A DNA stretch of 64,000 bases from Octopus vulgaris. Lineage: Eukaryota. Positions 42,121 to 56,161 of the stretch are shown piece after piece. The stretch's first letter is position 1, and each line of letters begins with the position of its first letter. Location: positions 210,242,001 to 210,306,000 of the forward strand of contig OX597815.1 of assembly GCA_951406725.2 (NCBI GenBank). Reading direction: 5' to 3'. The position numbers and the translations under genes were made by a program. Under the pieces are notes generated by a model, which saw nothing but the letters and a program-made list of their open reading frames with translations, was not told the DNA's origin and did no database searches.

Positions 42121-44519
42121 ACGTTTGTGTAGCTTTTGAGGCTCCATGAAATCAAAATTACACAGTTAAAAACCATTTCAATAAACAGTTCTTAAATCAA
42201 GTGGCTGGTATGAAATATTTAATGTTTAAATTAAGTAAAATGAAAGGCTGTACCTGACACCAAATTGTTTTAGTTCACATATTTCTGGGGGATAATTAGC
42301 TTTTAATCCTTTCAAACTGATTCGATATATGTGCAAATAACGTGTTAGGAAAATAGATTAATATAATGACTTATAAATATAACTGTGCGCTATCGGAAAA
42401 TGATTATACGATCATATAGATTGCCTTTATTCAGCTTATCTACCAATATCCACATAGAATTTAATCAATTGTCTTCTTGTGCGTTGTTTTCAACAGTCCA
42501 CGAGCCAGTATGAGTGACCAAATTGCATAACTACAACGGTATTACCACCATGATATAAATTGCTATATCATTCAATTATATAACAATGTAATATATATGC
42601 ATCAGCATGCACTGTGTTCTTATTGTTGTTGTTTGTTATCCCAGGTCAAGCCTGATCAAGGACACCTATGACCTAAAGCATTCCTGCTGTAATCATCGCA
42701 TCTCTTCTAAAGTATAAGATTATATTTATAAGATAGAATGAGATATAGTTGAGTGTCATCAGATTGCAACTTAAAGCAGATCAAGCGACGAGTTGGGGAC
42801 CCTCTCAGTGGATTGTGCTTCTTCAGCTAAATTTCGGTGTAGGATTTAAGCTCGAAGCAAAAGTGAATGATCGATATTAGTCTATCAATTTTCTCTGGTA
42901 GAACAGAGAACCAATTACTCGCACGTTAACCCTTAATGACTACATAAATAAGAATTCTCATGTTACGTAACATTACAGCTTTGAACATATCAACGTGTTA
43001 ATGTTGACCATAAGAAAAACTATTCTATATTTCAGTCAGCATGAAATAATTAGCAACTTGTTACATATATTACAAAATCCATTTACATTTGGCAGAACAT
43101 TTTCAACTCCAAATGAATGGCTTACAGTATTTCATATCAAAATCTACTACTTCTGAAATTAAATTTAGCATTTTTAATTTTGGAAGCGTGAAAGTAAATT
43201 CTATTCCGATAATGAGGTTGATTGAAAGGAATGCTGCACATTTTTATGAAATTATGCGATCGTACGAGTATGTAAAAATCAATGATTCTAATGAGAAAAA
43301 TACGATATATCTTTGTGTGTGTGTATGTGTGTGTGTTGTGTTGATATGTGTGTATGTGTCTTCGTGTATGAATGTATGTATATCTGTATATAGGTATCCT
43401 CCTCTCCTTATCTCTTACTCTCTCTTTATAAATGCACACACATATATATATAGAGAGAGGAAGAAAGTAGGAGAGATAGTTTACTAACTATACAGATATA
43501 GAGATAGAATTGAGAAAGAGACACAGACAGATACTAAGTTACATTAAACGCTTGTGGTCTAAGTGTGTGTTAAAGCGAACGGATCCCTACATGTGGGATA
43601 CATTTAGACATTAAGTAAACCGGAAGGTCAAGTAGATGCCATGGATTTCAGAAACTTCAGAGGTTGTAACAGATTAAGTGACCTTTTCCCCCGCAAAAAG
43701 TCAATTTGTTTATAGCAATGTTCATAGATTCGGCGAATATAATGAAGGTCAGCACTCTTAAGAGAAGCATTGTTAAAGGTGGTGAGGATGCTGTCGAGAG
43801 GTGGGTGTATGGCAGTCAAGTTAAATGATTTGGAAGCATGATTAAAGGTTCTCCCTACAGTGATTGTGTCTATTGTAAGTTATGTACCAGTATCGATGCT
43901 GTGGTCTTGATAATGCTGGAAAACTGTAGTGATATTATATATCACCACAATTTCATACACATAGAATATGTACAGTGCGACATGATATCATAGTAGTGGC
44001 ATCGATATTTTTACAAAACATCGTTTAATAGTTCTCTTTAGTTATGGTTCAAATGGCAGCCAAAAACAGGATAATGTAGTATTGGTGACAGACAAGGTAG
44101 TATTGAAAGTATAGTTGTTTCTGTTGGTATTTGTAATTGTGATAACCTCGACAGATATGGTCCTGTTTCTGGTAGAAGAAATGATATTAATCTTCAAACT
44201 ACAAGTAGAAATTAACTGTTTTAAAAGGGCGCAGTTTACTTACTGGAAAAATTCTCACAAAATTGAATCTCTAACTATAGAGTATCTCACCGAAGTACGC
44301 TTACAAATATAAATTCAAATGGGCATCAACTTCTATATTTCATTAGAGATTCTTACTCAATTTATCTTAGGAAGATTCAAACTCACCGTTTGTCTCAAGA
44401 GATCTGAAACAAACATTTTAAAATACACTTTCTCTTTTAGTTCAGCGCATCAACTTTGCACACATGTCACTTTTAAAATTATTAGCTAAAACATATAATA
44501 ATATTTATAAATTGTCTTT

Positions 44520-45335
44520 AAAGTGGCGAGCTAGAAGAATCGTTAGCACGCCGGGCGAAATGCTTAGCGGTATTTCGTCTGCGTTACGTTGTGAGTTCAA
44601 ATTCCGCCGAGGTCGACTTTGCCTTTCATCCTTTCGGGGTCGATAAATTAAGTACCAGTTACGCACTGGGGTCGATATAATCGACTTAATACCTATGTCT
44701 GTTCTTGTTTGTCCCCTCTGTGTTTAGCCCCTTGTGGGTAATAAAGAAATAGGTATTTCGTCTACCGTTACGTTCTGAGTTCAAATTCCGCCTAGATCGA
44801 CTTTGCCTTTTAACCTTTCGGGGTCGATTAAATAAGCACCAGTTACGCACTTAATCCGTTTGTCTATCCTTGTTTGTTCTCTCTGTGTTTAGCCCCTTGT
44901 GGGTAGTAAAGAAATAGGTATTTCGTCTGTCTTTATATTCTGAGTTCAAATATCACCGAGGTGAATTTTGCCTTTCATCCTTTCGGGTTCGATTAAATAA
45001 GTACCAGTTACACACTAGGGTCGATGTAATCGACTTAAACCCTTTGTCTGTCCGTGTTTGTCCCTTCTATGTTTAACCCCCTGTGGGCAATAAAGAAATA
45101 AATATGTATATATAGTCTTTGAGGCGGCGAGCTGGCAGAGTCGTTAGCACGCTGGGTTAAATGCTTAACGACATTTCGTCCGTTTTTACGTTCCGAGTTC
45201 AAATTAGGAAGAGGTTGACTTTCCTTTCATCCCATCGGAGTCGATGAATTAAATACCAGTTGAGCACTGCGGATGATGTAATCGAATTAATCCCTCACCT
45301 GAACTTGCTGGCGTAGAGCCAAAATTTGAAATCAA
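44520..45335 (+). mobile_element. SINE family A trimer followed by an older monomer
   Basis: One head, three bodies joined by gaaataggtatttcgtc; separate diverged copy from 45122. Confidence 0.9.
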
Positions 45336-46182
45336 TATTTATAAATAGTGTAGCATAATTAATGTGGATAACATTCAAAAGCCGATTGAAACACTGATAT
45401 TACTGTTAATGATTCATCCGTCATTATATCACTAGGAACAGTAAAGTCTACACGTCTCTGGGGATGTTTGATATGACCGAAGCTTCTCCCAGTTTATTCC
45501 ATATTTTGCTGAAAAGATCAAAATACTACTAATCGATTATATGATTTTCTATTATTAAACACATAAATATTTGTATATAACTTTTAAACGTGCACTATAT
45601 ATATGGTGAATCTAAGTAATGTGTTTTTATTTTAATATATATAAAGACTACTGTGTCAGCAGAGAGCAACTCGAATTATGTAGTTTGAACTTCATTAGCG
45701 GTGATAAAGCTGATGAGAGACATATTCTGCTGAATATGGGTAGGATGAAATCGACTTACGATAAGCAGATGAGGATGAAATTTGTACTGTGTGATCGATA
45801 AATTAAAACTTGTGTGAATATGTGCTACATGAAAGGTGAATAATAAAGAGACTTACAAACTTTATACGCTTGATTCAAACGAGATAGGGAATATTTGGCA
45901 AATTCAATACAGTATCATTGTGCTTGTGACAGAAATACAAGCGTCTGCTCATTTCGCTCCAATGAACACCCCAGCCAAATCCTGTCATAAGACGTTGAAT
46001 AGTTGGGAAATGACTATCAATGAGCGCGGGCTACTAACCCCAAGATTCCTACGTTCACTTTGCAGCAGCAGAATTATCAGATAATAAATCCACTGTAATA
46101 TAAAACTCACCATTCTTTGTCTTTATTCTCGTTACCAATGTATCCCTATGTCTTTCGCTCTTCTTACCTCTACATATGACTA

Positions 46183-46238
46183 TGCATTCTGATGATGTCT
46201 ACCACTACAGCTGGTAAACAGAAACGATCGTAAATGCA
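46183..46238 (+). ncRNA. Type I hammerhead ribozyme with canonical core
   Basis: tgcatt CTGATGA tgtctacca-ctacagc-tggtaaaca GAAA cgatcg TA aatgca; stem I 6 bp, stem II 8/9 bp, palindromic stem III, GUA site (predicted cut after 46232). Confidence 0.85.
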
Positions 46239-46359
46239 CTATTACTGCTACGTTTCTTTATTAATTTATCAAATTGATGGCTTACTAACGCAAGCGACTA
46301 ACTTCTTCCTGTTCCTCCATTTTCTTCATGCATATATATATATATATATATATAATAAT

Positions 46360-46784
46360 GTTCGTCCTTCGGTTCGAAGATGACCAACTGACATCATCTG
46401 ATGGAACTGCCGCCATGAGACCGGAGGTGGCTGGTGAGGCCAATCCGGGCAAGGAAGCCTCTCCCACAGGTGGGGCAGAAGTGGGTAGGGGCCGTGCTAC
46501 TGGTGCAGGCGGCTCTGGCTTTACGCATCTGACGTTTCTGCTCCGCTGACCGAATCCGTCCCTCCTCGGCTGTCCCTGCTCCCACGGTGATTGCGCTGCG
46601 CCAGGATGAGCGGTTGGCAGCAAGTGTCTCCCAGGTCTCTGTTCCGATGGAGAAGTCTTTGAGAGAGACCTTGAGACTATCCTTGTAGCGCTTCTTCTGC
46701 CCTCCGACTTTGCGCCTGCCCTGGCCGAGTTCACCGTAGAAGAGCTGTTTTGGGATGCGAGTGTCGGACATGCGGGAGACGTGG

Positions 46785-46790
<6 letters not shown>
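46360..46790 (-). mobile_element. RTE (BovB-like) LINE 3' end with C2H2 finger
   Basis: AGHVSRMSDTRIPKQLFYGEL..G.R..GGQKKRYKDSLK...WETLAANRSSWR...CPTCGRGFLARIGLTSHLRSH; uninterrupted frame, GC-rich, inside (TA)n. Confidence 0.93.
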
Positions 46791-46824
<34 letters not shown>

Positions 46825-47863
46825 CATACACACATAGTCCAACGTTGTTTGTCACTTTGTTTAGGGAGTGGCGTGCCATGTGATGAAACTTGATTACCGT
46901 TTCTTTCATTATCTTGCTTATATTTTAAGTGTGATGTACTAAATACGAAATTGAGCCTTTCTGAAGCAAATTTAATTGTTTTATATGTCTGCTAAATGAA
47001 GAGCCATTATTTATTATCAATGCAGACACCATTGCAGTAATGGGAAATGGGCTTCTTATTCAAGGATTTGTAAATACAGCCTGTAAAATTACATTATCGA
47101 ATGTGCCCTTCGTTTTGTTGGATGTGGTATTTAAAGGATGTTGTTAGTATTTCTAGTGACGTTCCTGATCACGTTGAAACATTCACGTCCCCTCCTGGAC
47201 ATTTATTTTCTAAACTCTAGAGTAGTTAAAAATCAGTTCAATCAGTCAAGACAATTTTTCTGCAACAACTGGACATGTGCATATGTAAGAAATCAAAAGT
47301 TACTAATTGAAATGTCAGTAGAATTCCAGCATTTTTCTAATTTGATTTGACAGTTAGCATACCCAAAGATATCTGCCAAGAAATTAAGACGAATCATGCA
47401 TGCATTCTTACAAGTTTGATTCTGCATTGCAACACATGGAATTCAGATTGTCAAACAATTCATTCAGCTTAATAGAAATAAAAATATTTTATATAAATCC
47501 ACATTCGGATATATATACATTCCCCCCAAAATTGTTTATTTTAATCTTCCGTGAAGAAATATACGTGTATAAAGGTGCACACATATTTCTCTTCATTCGA
47601 TTAGAAATATATGCGTATCAATTTCTGCATATATAAATGAAGTTATGCATGTGTGAATAAACGTTTCTGTTTGTATCGACAGCCATTAATCTGGGCAGCA
47701 CTTTGTTCCGTTATAAACAGCCTTGCATAAAATATACATATCCCGCAATATTAGTACGGCTTAGAATGCATACACACGTATGATATGCAAATATAATTAA
47801 TGAATTCACATTACATATATAAACATATGTATACAAATGCACATTTTATCATGTATATTTTGT

Positions 47864-48490
47864 ACAGGATATTCGAGCAGCATTTGATACTTTGCATTAA
47901 AGGAAAAGAACACACAATATCCCATCCAAAAATCAAACTACTGTAATGAAAGAAAGAAAAATAATATCAACTAGATAATAGCTGAAGATAACAGTTTACT
48001 CAAAGCAGCCGTCCTCAGCTTCTTCCGTAGCCTCAAGACGTCTCCGGAACGTGGCACATGCGTTCCTCCCTGTGCTTGTGAGAAGACCTTCGAACAGAAG
48101 CTTGAACTAGGGCACGAACTCAGCGTTGGTGTTGCAGGTTAGTGCCTTTCTCAGCTTAGCCCCGTACGGAGTAATCATTGGGATTACAATTAGGAGGCCA
48201 GATACTGGTGCTGTTGAAGTCTTAGAAATCACCGACAAGTTTTAGAAATCCTCTGGAGGTATCGCAAGGAGCGGAATCCTGCTCTTAAATTCGCCGAACG
48301 TAACCCCAAAGATCACTATGTACGCAGCAAAGCTGGGAAAGACACCAACCGTTCTTCTGCCTGCAATACCAAGATAAATATTTCCGTCAAACTAAAGTTT
48401 CACCGACTGAAGGGGTAAAATTTCCATGCAGAGACCAGCAGTATTCAGTCATTAATGTTGTGTTCCACCTGCCTTGATACTTTGCCCCCA
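47864..48490 (-). mobile_element. Tc1/mariner-superfamily (maT/DD37D-like) transposase relic
   Basis: Minus strand QDSAPC, WPPNCNPNDYSVRG, ACATFRRRLEA...GCFE*. Confidence 0.7.
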
Positions 48491-49841
48491 TGGTGTCGAT
48501 GTCTTGGACAAATCTTTCCTCTTGCTCACTAATCACTTATTGCACTATGATTTTCAATGAAGTAGTCAAGATGACTATGCAGAAAGAGTACAACAGGGGT
48601 CGCCACCAGCCCCTGTCGGAGCCTCGTGGAACTTTAGTTGTTTTCGATCAATAAACACACACAACGCCCGATCTGGGAATCGAAACCGCGATCCTCGGCT
48701 GCCCTAACCACTGGGCTACTACTGCACTACCACATTTCTGAAATACAAAACATCTAAACATATATTCAATGCAATTTTCACCTAGGAAAAGTATTTTCAG
48801 AATCGCCAACATTTGTAAAGTAAGCAAATGCAGATTTGTGATGGTAAAGTTCAATAAATAGCATACATACCATGACGTTCTTTCTCCAGGTCTTGACAAA
48901 TGTCACCTTGACCCATATGACTTTAGAATTAGAAGATCAAAGGCGCATTCAAAATGCCAATTTTCATCATAGACATTCAACAAAACATGTCTCACTTAGT
49001 CTTCAATGTTAGCCATTCTGACTAAATCAAGCACAGTGTAAGCATATGTATAGTCAAATTATACAAATATGAGACGTATGATATCAAGAACCACAGAAAT
49101 GTGTTGCTTATTAACATCGATTTGCTTATATGTCGATTTTTATCTACATTATTTACAATTGACGGATATTTGTCCTCATCATGTATGGTATTAACACAAT
49201 GTTTCGGCTAATATAACATCCAGCTTTTATGAGATCCTGCGTTCTCATTCCAAAAGTATTTTTCGATGTTATTGTTATTATTATTATTATTATTATTAGT
49301 AGTAGTAGTAGTAGTAGTAGTAGTAATACTATACTTATTATCATTATTATTGCCTGGAATCGACAATCTTGGGGTTAGTAGCCCGCGCTCTTAACCACTA
49401 CGCCATATGCCAGTGGGCGATTATGGAGTGAATTTTAGAGCTTATAAATCTAATATTCTCTTATCCTTCCTTAATACCCGTTCCCATATGCTGTTCATAT
49501 CTGCACTCGGTCTGCTTAGGAGGTTGTTGTGTCCTAGCATATGTGTTGCTTCTTTTAGTTTTCGTATTTTCCAGTGGTGTTATGTGTCTATTATTTTAAC
49601 TTCATCCCACAAGGGGAGTTACTCTCTATTTTTCCATACATGATCAGCTATACCCGATTTATCAACATTTCCCCATGTCACAGCCTTGCGATGCACCTCT
49701 AACCTTATTTTGTGGGGTGGCATGTTTCGCCTTTGTATAACTAATCTCAGCTGCACGCAGTTCTTAGTCATATTCGTTTCTAATGGTGATTTTACTCGAA
49801 GGAGATAAGCTCTAAAATTCACTCCATAATTGCCTACAGGC

Positions 49842-49901
49842 ATATGGCGTAGTGGATAAGAGCGCGGGCTACTAACCATAAGACTCCGATTTCGATTCCT
49901 G
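49842..49901 (+). promoter_or_regulatory. tRNA-like Pol III (A/B-box) head inside the PLE pLTR
   Basis: A-box TGGCGTAGTGG, anticodon-arm-like gggctactaacc, B-box-like TTCGATTCC; inverted copy at 49354-49408; partial copy at 46021-46060. Confidence 0.7.
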
Positions 49902-49914
49902 AATAATAATAATG

Positions 49915-49971
<57 letters not shown>

Positions 49972-50027
49972 TCTACACCAACAACACCATCGAAAAATAT
50001 TAGAACCCAGACTCGAAATTTCCCCAA

Positions 50028-50073
50028 GACACCTGATGAAGGCTGGAGGGTATATCAGCCGAAACGTTGTGTT
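50028..50073 (+). ncRNA. Minimal type I hammerhead ribozyme
   Basis: gacac CTGATGA a ggctg-gagggtatat-cagcc GAAA cg TT gtgtt; palindromic AACGTT stem III as in PLE minimal HHRs. Confidence 0.78.
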
Positions 50074-50515
50074 ATCAACAATCAAGATGATGACAAATAT
50101 CCGTTAATTATAAATAATGTAAATAATGTACATAATTCTTCATCTCTTAAATATAGAATATGTCGTTTCTGATATTAGCATGGCATTTAGATCTTCACTG
50201 AATATAAATAAATAAAACCTTAGAACAGGCGGTCAACAGCTGGACTCGGCTGCTCCACACTGATAAGGAGAAACTACCCCGAAACAGTTGTGTAGATGTC
50301 AAGCCAGTACAGGAAAGCTGATGACCTCCCCTGTGCGAAGGTTTTGTAGACAGAGATTTGTGCATCATATAGCTAGCCAGAGGCGATCGCCTATAGGAGC
50401 TAATCAACAGCAGCATTCGTTCTATTTATCTGAACTGCCACGTTATCCACCCCAAAATTCGCTGTTTCAAAATTCATTCTTTTGCTTCCTTGCATATATA
50501 TGTGTATATATATAT

Positions 50516-50803
50516 TGATAAAAATGGTTAGACAACAAAAGAAAGAATGAGACCTCGATATTATGTAAATAGAGAAATTAATCGGTGAATGTAATTTGTG
50601 ACAATTATTCGGTAGCTACGATAAAACTCCGAGTTCCGGATACCGAGGCGGAAACGCGTGCCGCCATCTCTTCAGTTATCCGGCCCTCGGAAAAATGCCC
50701 ATGGCCGGATAACTGAAGAGATGGCGGCGTGAATTTCCGCCTCGGCATCCGAAACTCGGAGTTTTATCGTGGCTACCGAATAATTGTCACATATTACATT
50801 TAC

Positions 50804-50806
<3 letters not shown>
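50516..50806. mobile_element. Palindromic HHR-bearing repeat, copy 1, inside (TA)n
   Basis: About 100-bp inverted arms 50585-50685 / 50703-50805; homologous to 60631-60942. Confidence 0.85.
50708..50768 (+). ncRNA. Type I hammerhead-like ribozyme
   Basis: gataa CTGAAGA gatg gcgg...ccgc...catc c GAAA ctcggag TT ttatc. Confidence 0.68.
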
Positions 50807-50841
<35 letters not shown>

Positions 50842-51727
50842 TATCGGGAACAATTAATTCTTGCCGTGCTCTCGTAGTCATAGATGTTATACTCAATGTT
50901 TTGTAGAACTTATGTTTTTCTGTAGTTCATACAAAATATGACCTTCGCTGAAGAACTCATAATACTCAATAATAGTACTCATATTCTAATGTCGCAAGAA
51001 TTCTATTTCGTCAACTATTTCCTTCAGATGACTGCAAATAAGATGAAAAATAACAAAAGCGAACACTATTGAACCGTTTGGTATTCATCACTTGGCGCCA
51101 ATGGAAGTTTTGGTGAAAAATCTACATGAAAACAATCATTCCATTATTGGAATGAATCTGATTTCCCGATTAATATAGCGTGATATTGATTAAACATTCC
51201 TAGTCTCCGCTTATTTTAAACAGTAGAACATCTCATATTTCGTATAATTTACCAACGATATATATTTCACATATATGACAACTGCATATATTTCACAGGT
51301 TTATATAACAGAACAACGACATCTGGTTTTAACAAATACTTAGCTTTCATATATTGATAATTTCATCTGCTTTGGTTATTACAATTCCCTACAATTCATT
51401 TCTGATAGGGAACGAAGTGAGTAGGGAGTAATTCAATTAAATAAGACTACAGATAGTTAACTTAGTGATTCATGATCCATAACTTGGAAAGACAATTTGA
51501 TTTAGATTTGGAACATGCTAGTGATGAATGGCACTATCTTAATTCATAAAGTCAATATAAAACTATAAGCATGAAGTCGTAGTGGATACCTATGACATCG
51601 ATGAATACTTAGTATTCTAATTTATCGACTGTATCAGGGGGACATGAAAGGGTGAAGCCGGTGGGTTTGAAATTGAAATATAGATGAGCAATCCTTAACG
51701 TTGACGTATTCAATATATTATTTTACC

Positions 51728-52665
51728 AAAGGTGGCGAGCTGGCAGAAACGATAGCATGCCGGGCTAAATGCTTTGCGGTATTTCGTCTTTAGGTTCTGA
51801 GTTCAAATTCCATCGAGGTCAAATTTGACTTTCATCTTTCGTGGTCGATAAATTAAGTACCAGTTGCGCACTGGGATCGATTTAATCGACTAGCCCCCTT
51901 CCCAAAATTTTCGAGCCTTATGCCTAGAGTAGAAAAGAATGTATTATTTTATCAAAGGCGGCTAGCTGGCAGAAACGTTAGTACGCCGGGCGAAATGCTT
52001 TGCGGTATTTCGTATGCTGTTACGTCCTGAGTTCAACTTCCACCGAGGTCGACTTTGCCTTTCATCCTTTCGGGGTCGATAAATTAAGTACCAGTTACGC
52101 GCTGGGGTCGATATAATCGACTTAATCCGTTTGTCTGTCCTTGTTTGTCCTCTCTGTGTTTAGTCCCTTTGTGGGTAGTAAAGAAATAGGTAATTCGTCT
52201 GCCGCTGCGTTCTGAGTTCAAATTCCGTCGAGGTCGACTTTCATCCTTTCGGGGTCGATAAATTAAGTACCAGTTACGCGCTGGGGTCGATATAATCGAC
52301 TTAATCCGTTTGTCTGTCCTTGTTTGTCCTCTCTGTGTTTAGCCCCTTGTGGGTAGTAAAGAAATAGGTAATTCGTCTGCCGCTGCGTTCTGAGTTCAAA
52401 TTCCGTCGAGGTCGACTTTCATCCTTTCGCGGTCGATAAATTAAGTACCAGTTACGCACTGGTGTCGATATAATCGACTTAATCCGTTTGTCTGTCCTTG
52501 TTTGTCCTCTCTGTGTTTAGCCCCTTGTGGGTAGTAAAGAAATAGGTAATTCGTCTGCCGCTGCGTTCTGAGTTCAAATTCCGTCGAGGTCGACTTTCAT
52601 CCTTTCGCGGTCGATAAATTAAGCACCAGTTACTCACTGAGGTCGATGTAATCGACTTAATCCGT
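51728..52665 (+). mobile_element. SINE family A monomer plus tetramer (178-bp period)
   Basis: Head at about 51957; body junctions at 52189, 52367 and 52545. Confidence 0.93.
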
Positions 52666-53492
52666 CGATTAAACCTAATGTACGCATAATCTAACCACTG
52701 AATTTCTGAATGCCTAGAATATTGCTCTCGTGCTCCTATAAATCTTCACGTGTTTTAGAAAATAACAATTTGAAAATACTATAGAATTTTAGCAAATAAC
52801 ACAACTAGCACAAAATATACCAGGAATTCTCGGCGAAAAAGCTGCTAATACGATATGAATTCTAAACAGAGCAAATGATTATTATGTAGTGGAGAACGAT
52901 TTTTACATTACTTACATTAAAGAATTAAGCTAGAAGGAAAGTATGGTAGTTTAGGGAAAGTTTATACTTCCAGCTGTAATTTGCACGACTAATAAAAATA
53001 AATAGCCATTTCTGAAGAGAAAATTGCCAAGTTTACATCTAACGATTCACATGCACAATTTATTAAATATCGATATCATAAAATATTGTTTCACTCTTCT
53101 CACACAACATGTCTTACTCTAGAACATTTTTTTCCCTACTTTAATTTCAGACATTTTAAATCCTGAACACTGACTTTTATCTTAAATATCATTTTAAACC
53201 CTGAATACATCATACTTATTTCCTATTGAGCATTCTTAGCCATGTTTAAAGTGAATAGATATGTTCACTATCATTCTCCATAATGTATCTACAATTTGCT
53301 TCTCACGATACATTTTCACAACTTCAAATGTACTCTTAATATATTTTCACACTTCAATAATAAAAATGATTTTTACTTTATTAAACATGACGCTAAAAGC
53401 ACTTTTATGATCATGTTGTTTTGTTGTTGTTTTTATTTGTCATTTACAAAAGGGAAAATTATCTATCCCCAGTACAAATGATGACTGCTTAC

Positions 53493-53560
53493 CACTTCAG
53501 GAATGGTCAAAACACCTGCCGCCTTTTGAGTATCATCTTCAAAACAAGCACTTGTATATT
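53493..53560 (-). CDS. Candidate internal coding exon (xYTSACFEDDTQKAAGVLTIPEV), product unknown
   Basis: Acceptor cttattccttctttacag, donor gtg|gtaagc, one open frame; family not recognised. Confidence 0.35.
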
Positions 53561-55072
53561 CTGTAAAGAAGGAATAAGCGATGGCACGTGAAATAACTAG
53601 CTAATGAGAATGTTATTTCTTTGGAGATATAGATGGCTCGTTAAGGATGCAGGCTGCTAAGAAAATTATGGTAGGCCACTAATGTGGATAACTGATGCGC
53701 AACAAATGAGAAAAAAAAAGAATATAATAAAACAGGAAATTAGGAAACTCTTTATGATTTCGATTATTAAAGAGTTTAGAAGTTGGTAGGATATATATTT
53801 TATAAATATTAACAAAGGATCATTTCATACAGTACTGTGGAAATGAAAGGAAATGACAAAAAAAGAAAGTTGAGTTCAGTATAAGAATTCATAAGTGAGA
53901 GGTAAGGCAATGAAATATATATGAAGGAAAGCAAGGAAATTATAATAGCAGTCAGAAAAATATATTTGGAAATGCAGATAGTAAGCAAACAGCAACAGAT
54001 AAGAAATTTACCTTCCAAAAGAAAAAAAAAATGAATTGAGTAATGAAAACAAGAATGGAACAAAGGAGATGTAAGTTGAAAAGAGAAAAAAACAATTGTT
54101 ACCTCTAGACCGGAAAAAAGCTAGGAACTTACTACGCAGTATTTCTGCTTGTTACAAATGAAACTAAGTTCTTCTAATTCGTACGTTAATATGTTAAAAA
54201 ATAACATGGTAAATTACACATTATATGCTGCTTCAGGCTACAGACTATAAACGCTATAGACTATATACATAACAGAATTTTAGCGAACATTGAGTGCACA
54301 GGGAGATGTAAACCCAATGGCTTTGTATACAATATCTTTGGCGACAAAGAGGTTATGGGATTCCATTATCGATTGAACAGATTCATTGGCTGTTCACGGA
54401 CAGACTACTTATAAATTCGCTGTTGATAAGAGCTTAAGTAAATCGGAGAAACCAATTTACAAATATAAAGTATTCTTACAAGTTAGTTCAAGTAATAAAC
54501 GGTGACTGAATATAGTTTTTAACTGTCCACAAACATTGACAAAGTGTTTTCACTCGTCCAGACGTAGAGAGATGACTTAAAAATGTACACATATGTTCTG
54601 CTATAGAGTAATGTATTAAAACAAAATAGTGTTAACCTACAAAATTTATGCAATTTGGTGTGATGATGGAGTTATATACCTAAACGATTTATTTTCTATG
54701 CTATTTACTCTCGCCCTTACAAACAGTGTGGTTAGAAACCGTGTTTCAGCGGATAGTAAGAGTGCACCATTCGCTACTGAAATCTTACCAGAGGGTCGGA
54801 CCTAACCAAGCTAATATCTCTTTTCTCTGCACAAAGATATTGTAGATGTTTATACAAAGATTCATTCATTTACTTTAGCTAAAAATATTTAACTATGCAA
54901 CTATCGCAGTATATGTATATATATATATATATATATACATATAATATACACACACACATATATATATGTATATATATATGCATATATGTATATATGTATG
55001 CATATATATATATATATATATATATTCGACAATATATTCGTAATTATACGACAATATATTCACCACACCTTG

Positions 55073-56100
<1,028 letters not shown>

Positions 56101-56103
56101 CTC

Positions 56104-56161
<58 letters not shown>

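Larger units (their letters stand above)
49140..50160 (-). mobile_element. Penelope-like element: GIY-YIG C-terminus flanked by inverted pLTRs
   Basis: Minus strand EVHRKAV...KSGIADHVWK, LWDEVKII, RKLKEATHM, SRPSADMNSIW; 49140-49445 is an inverted homolog of 49805-50125. Confidence 0.85.

Noticed and set aside
45706-45760. ctgatga...catattc/gaatatg...gaaatcga HHR-like spacing
   Set aside because: Stem II is not closed at the core and the UH cleavage site is missing
49842-49901. Functional tRNA gene
   Set aside because: No acceptor stem and a degenerate T arm; embedded in a repeat
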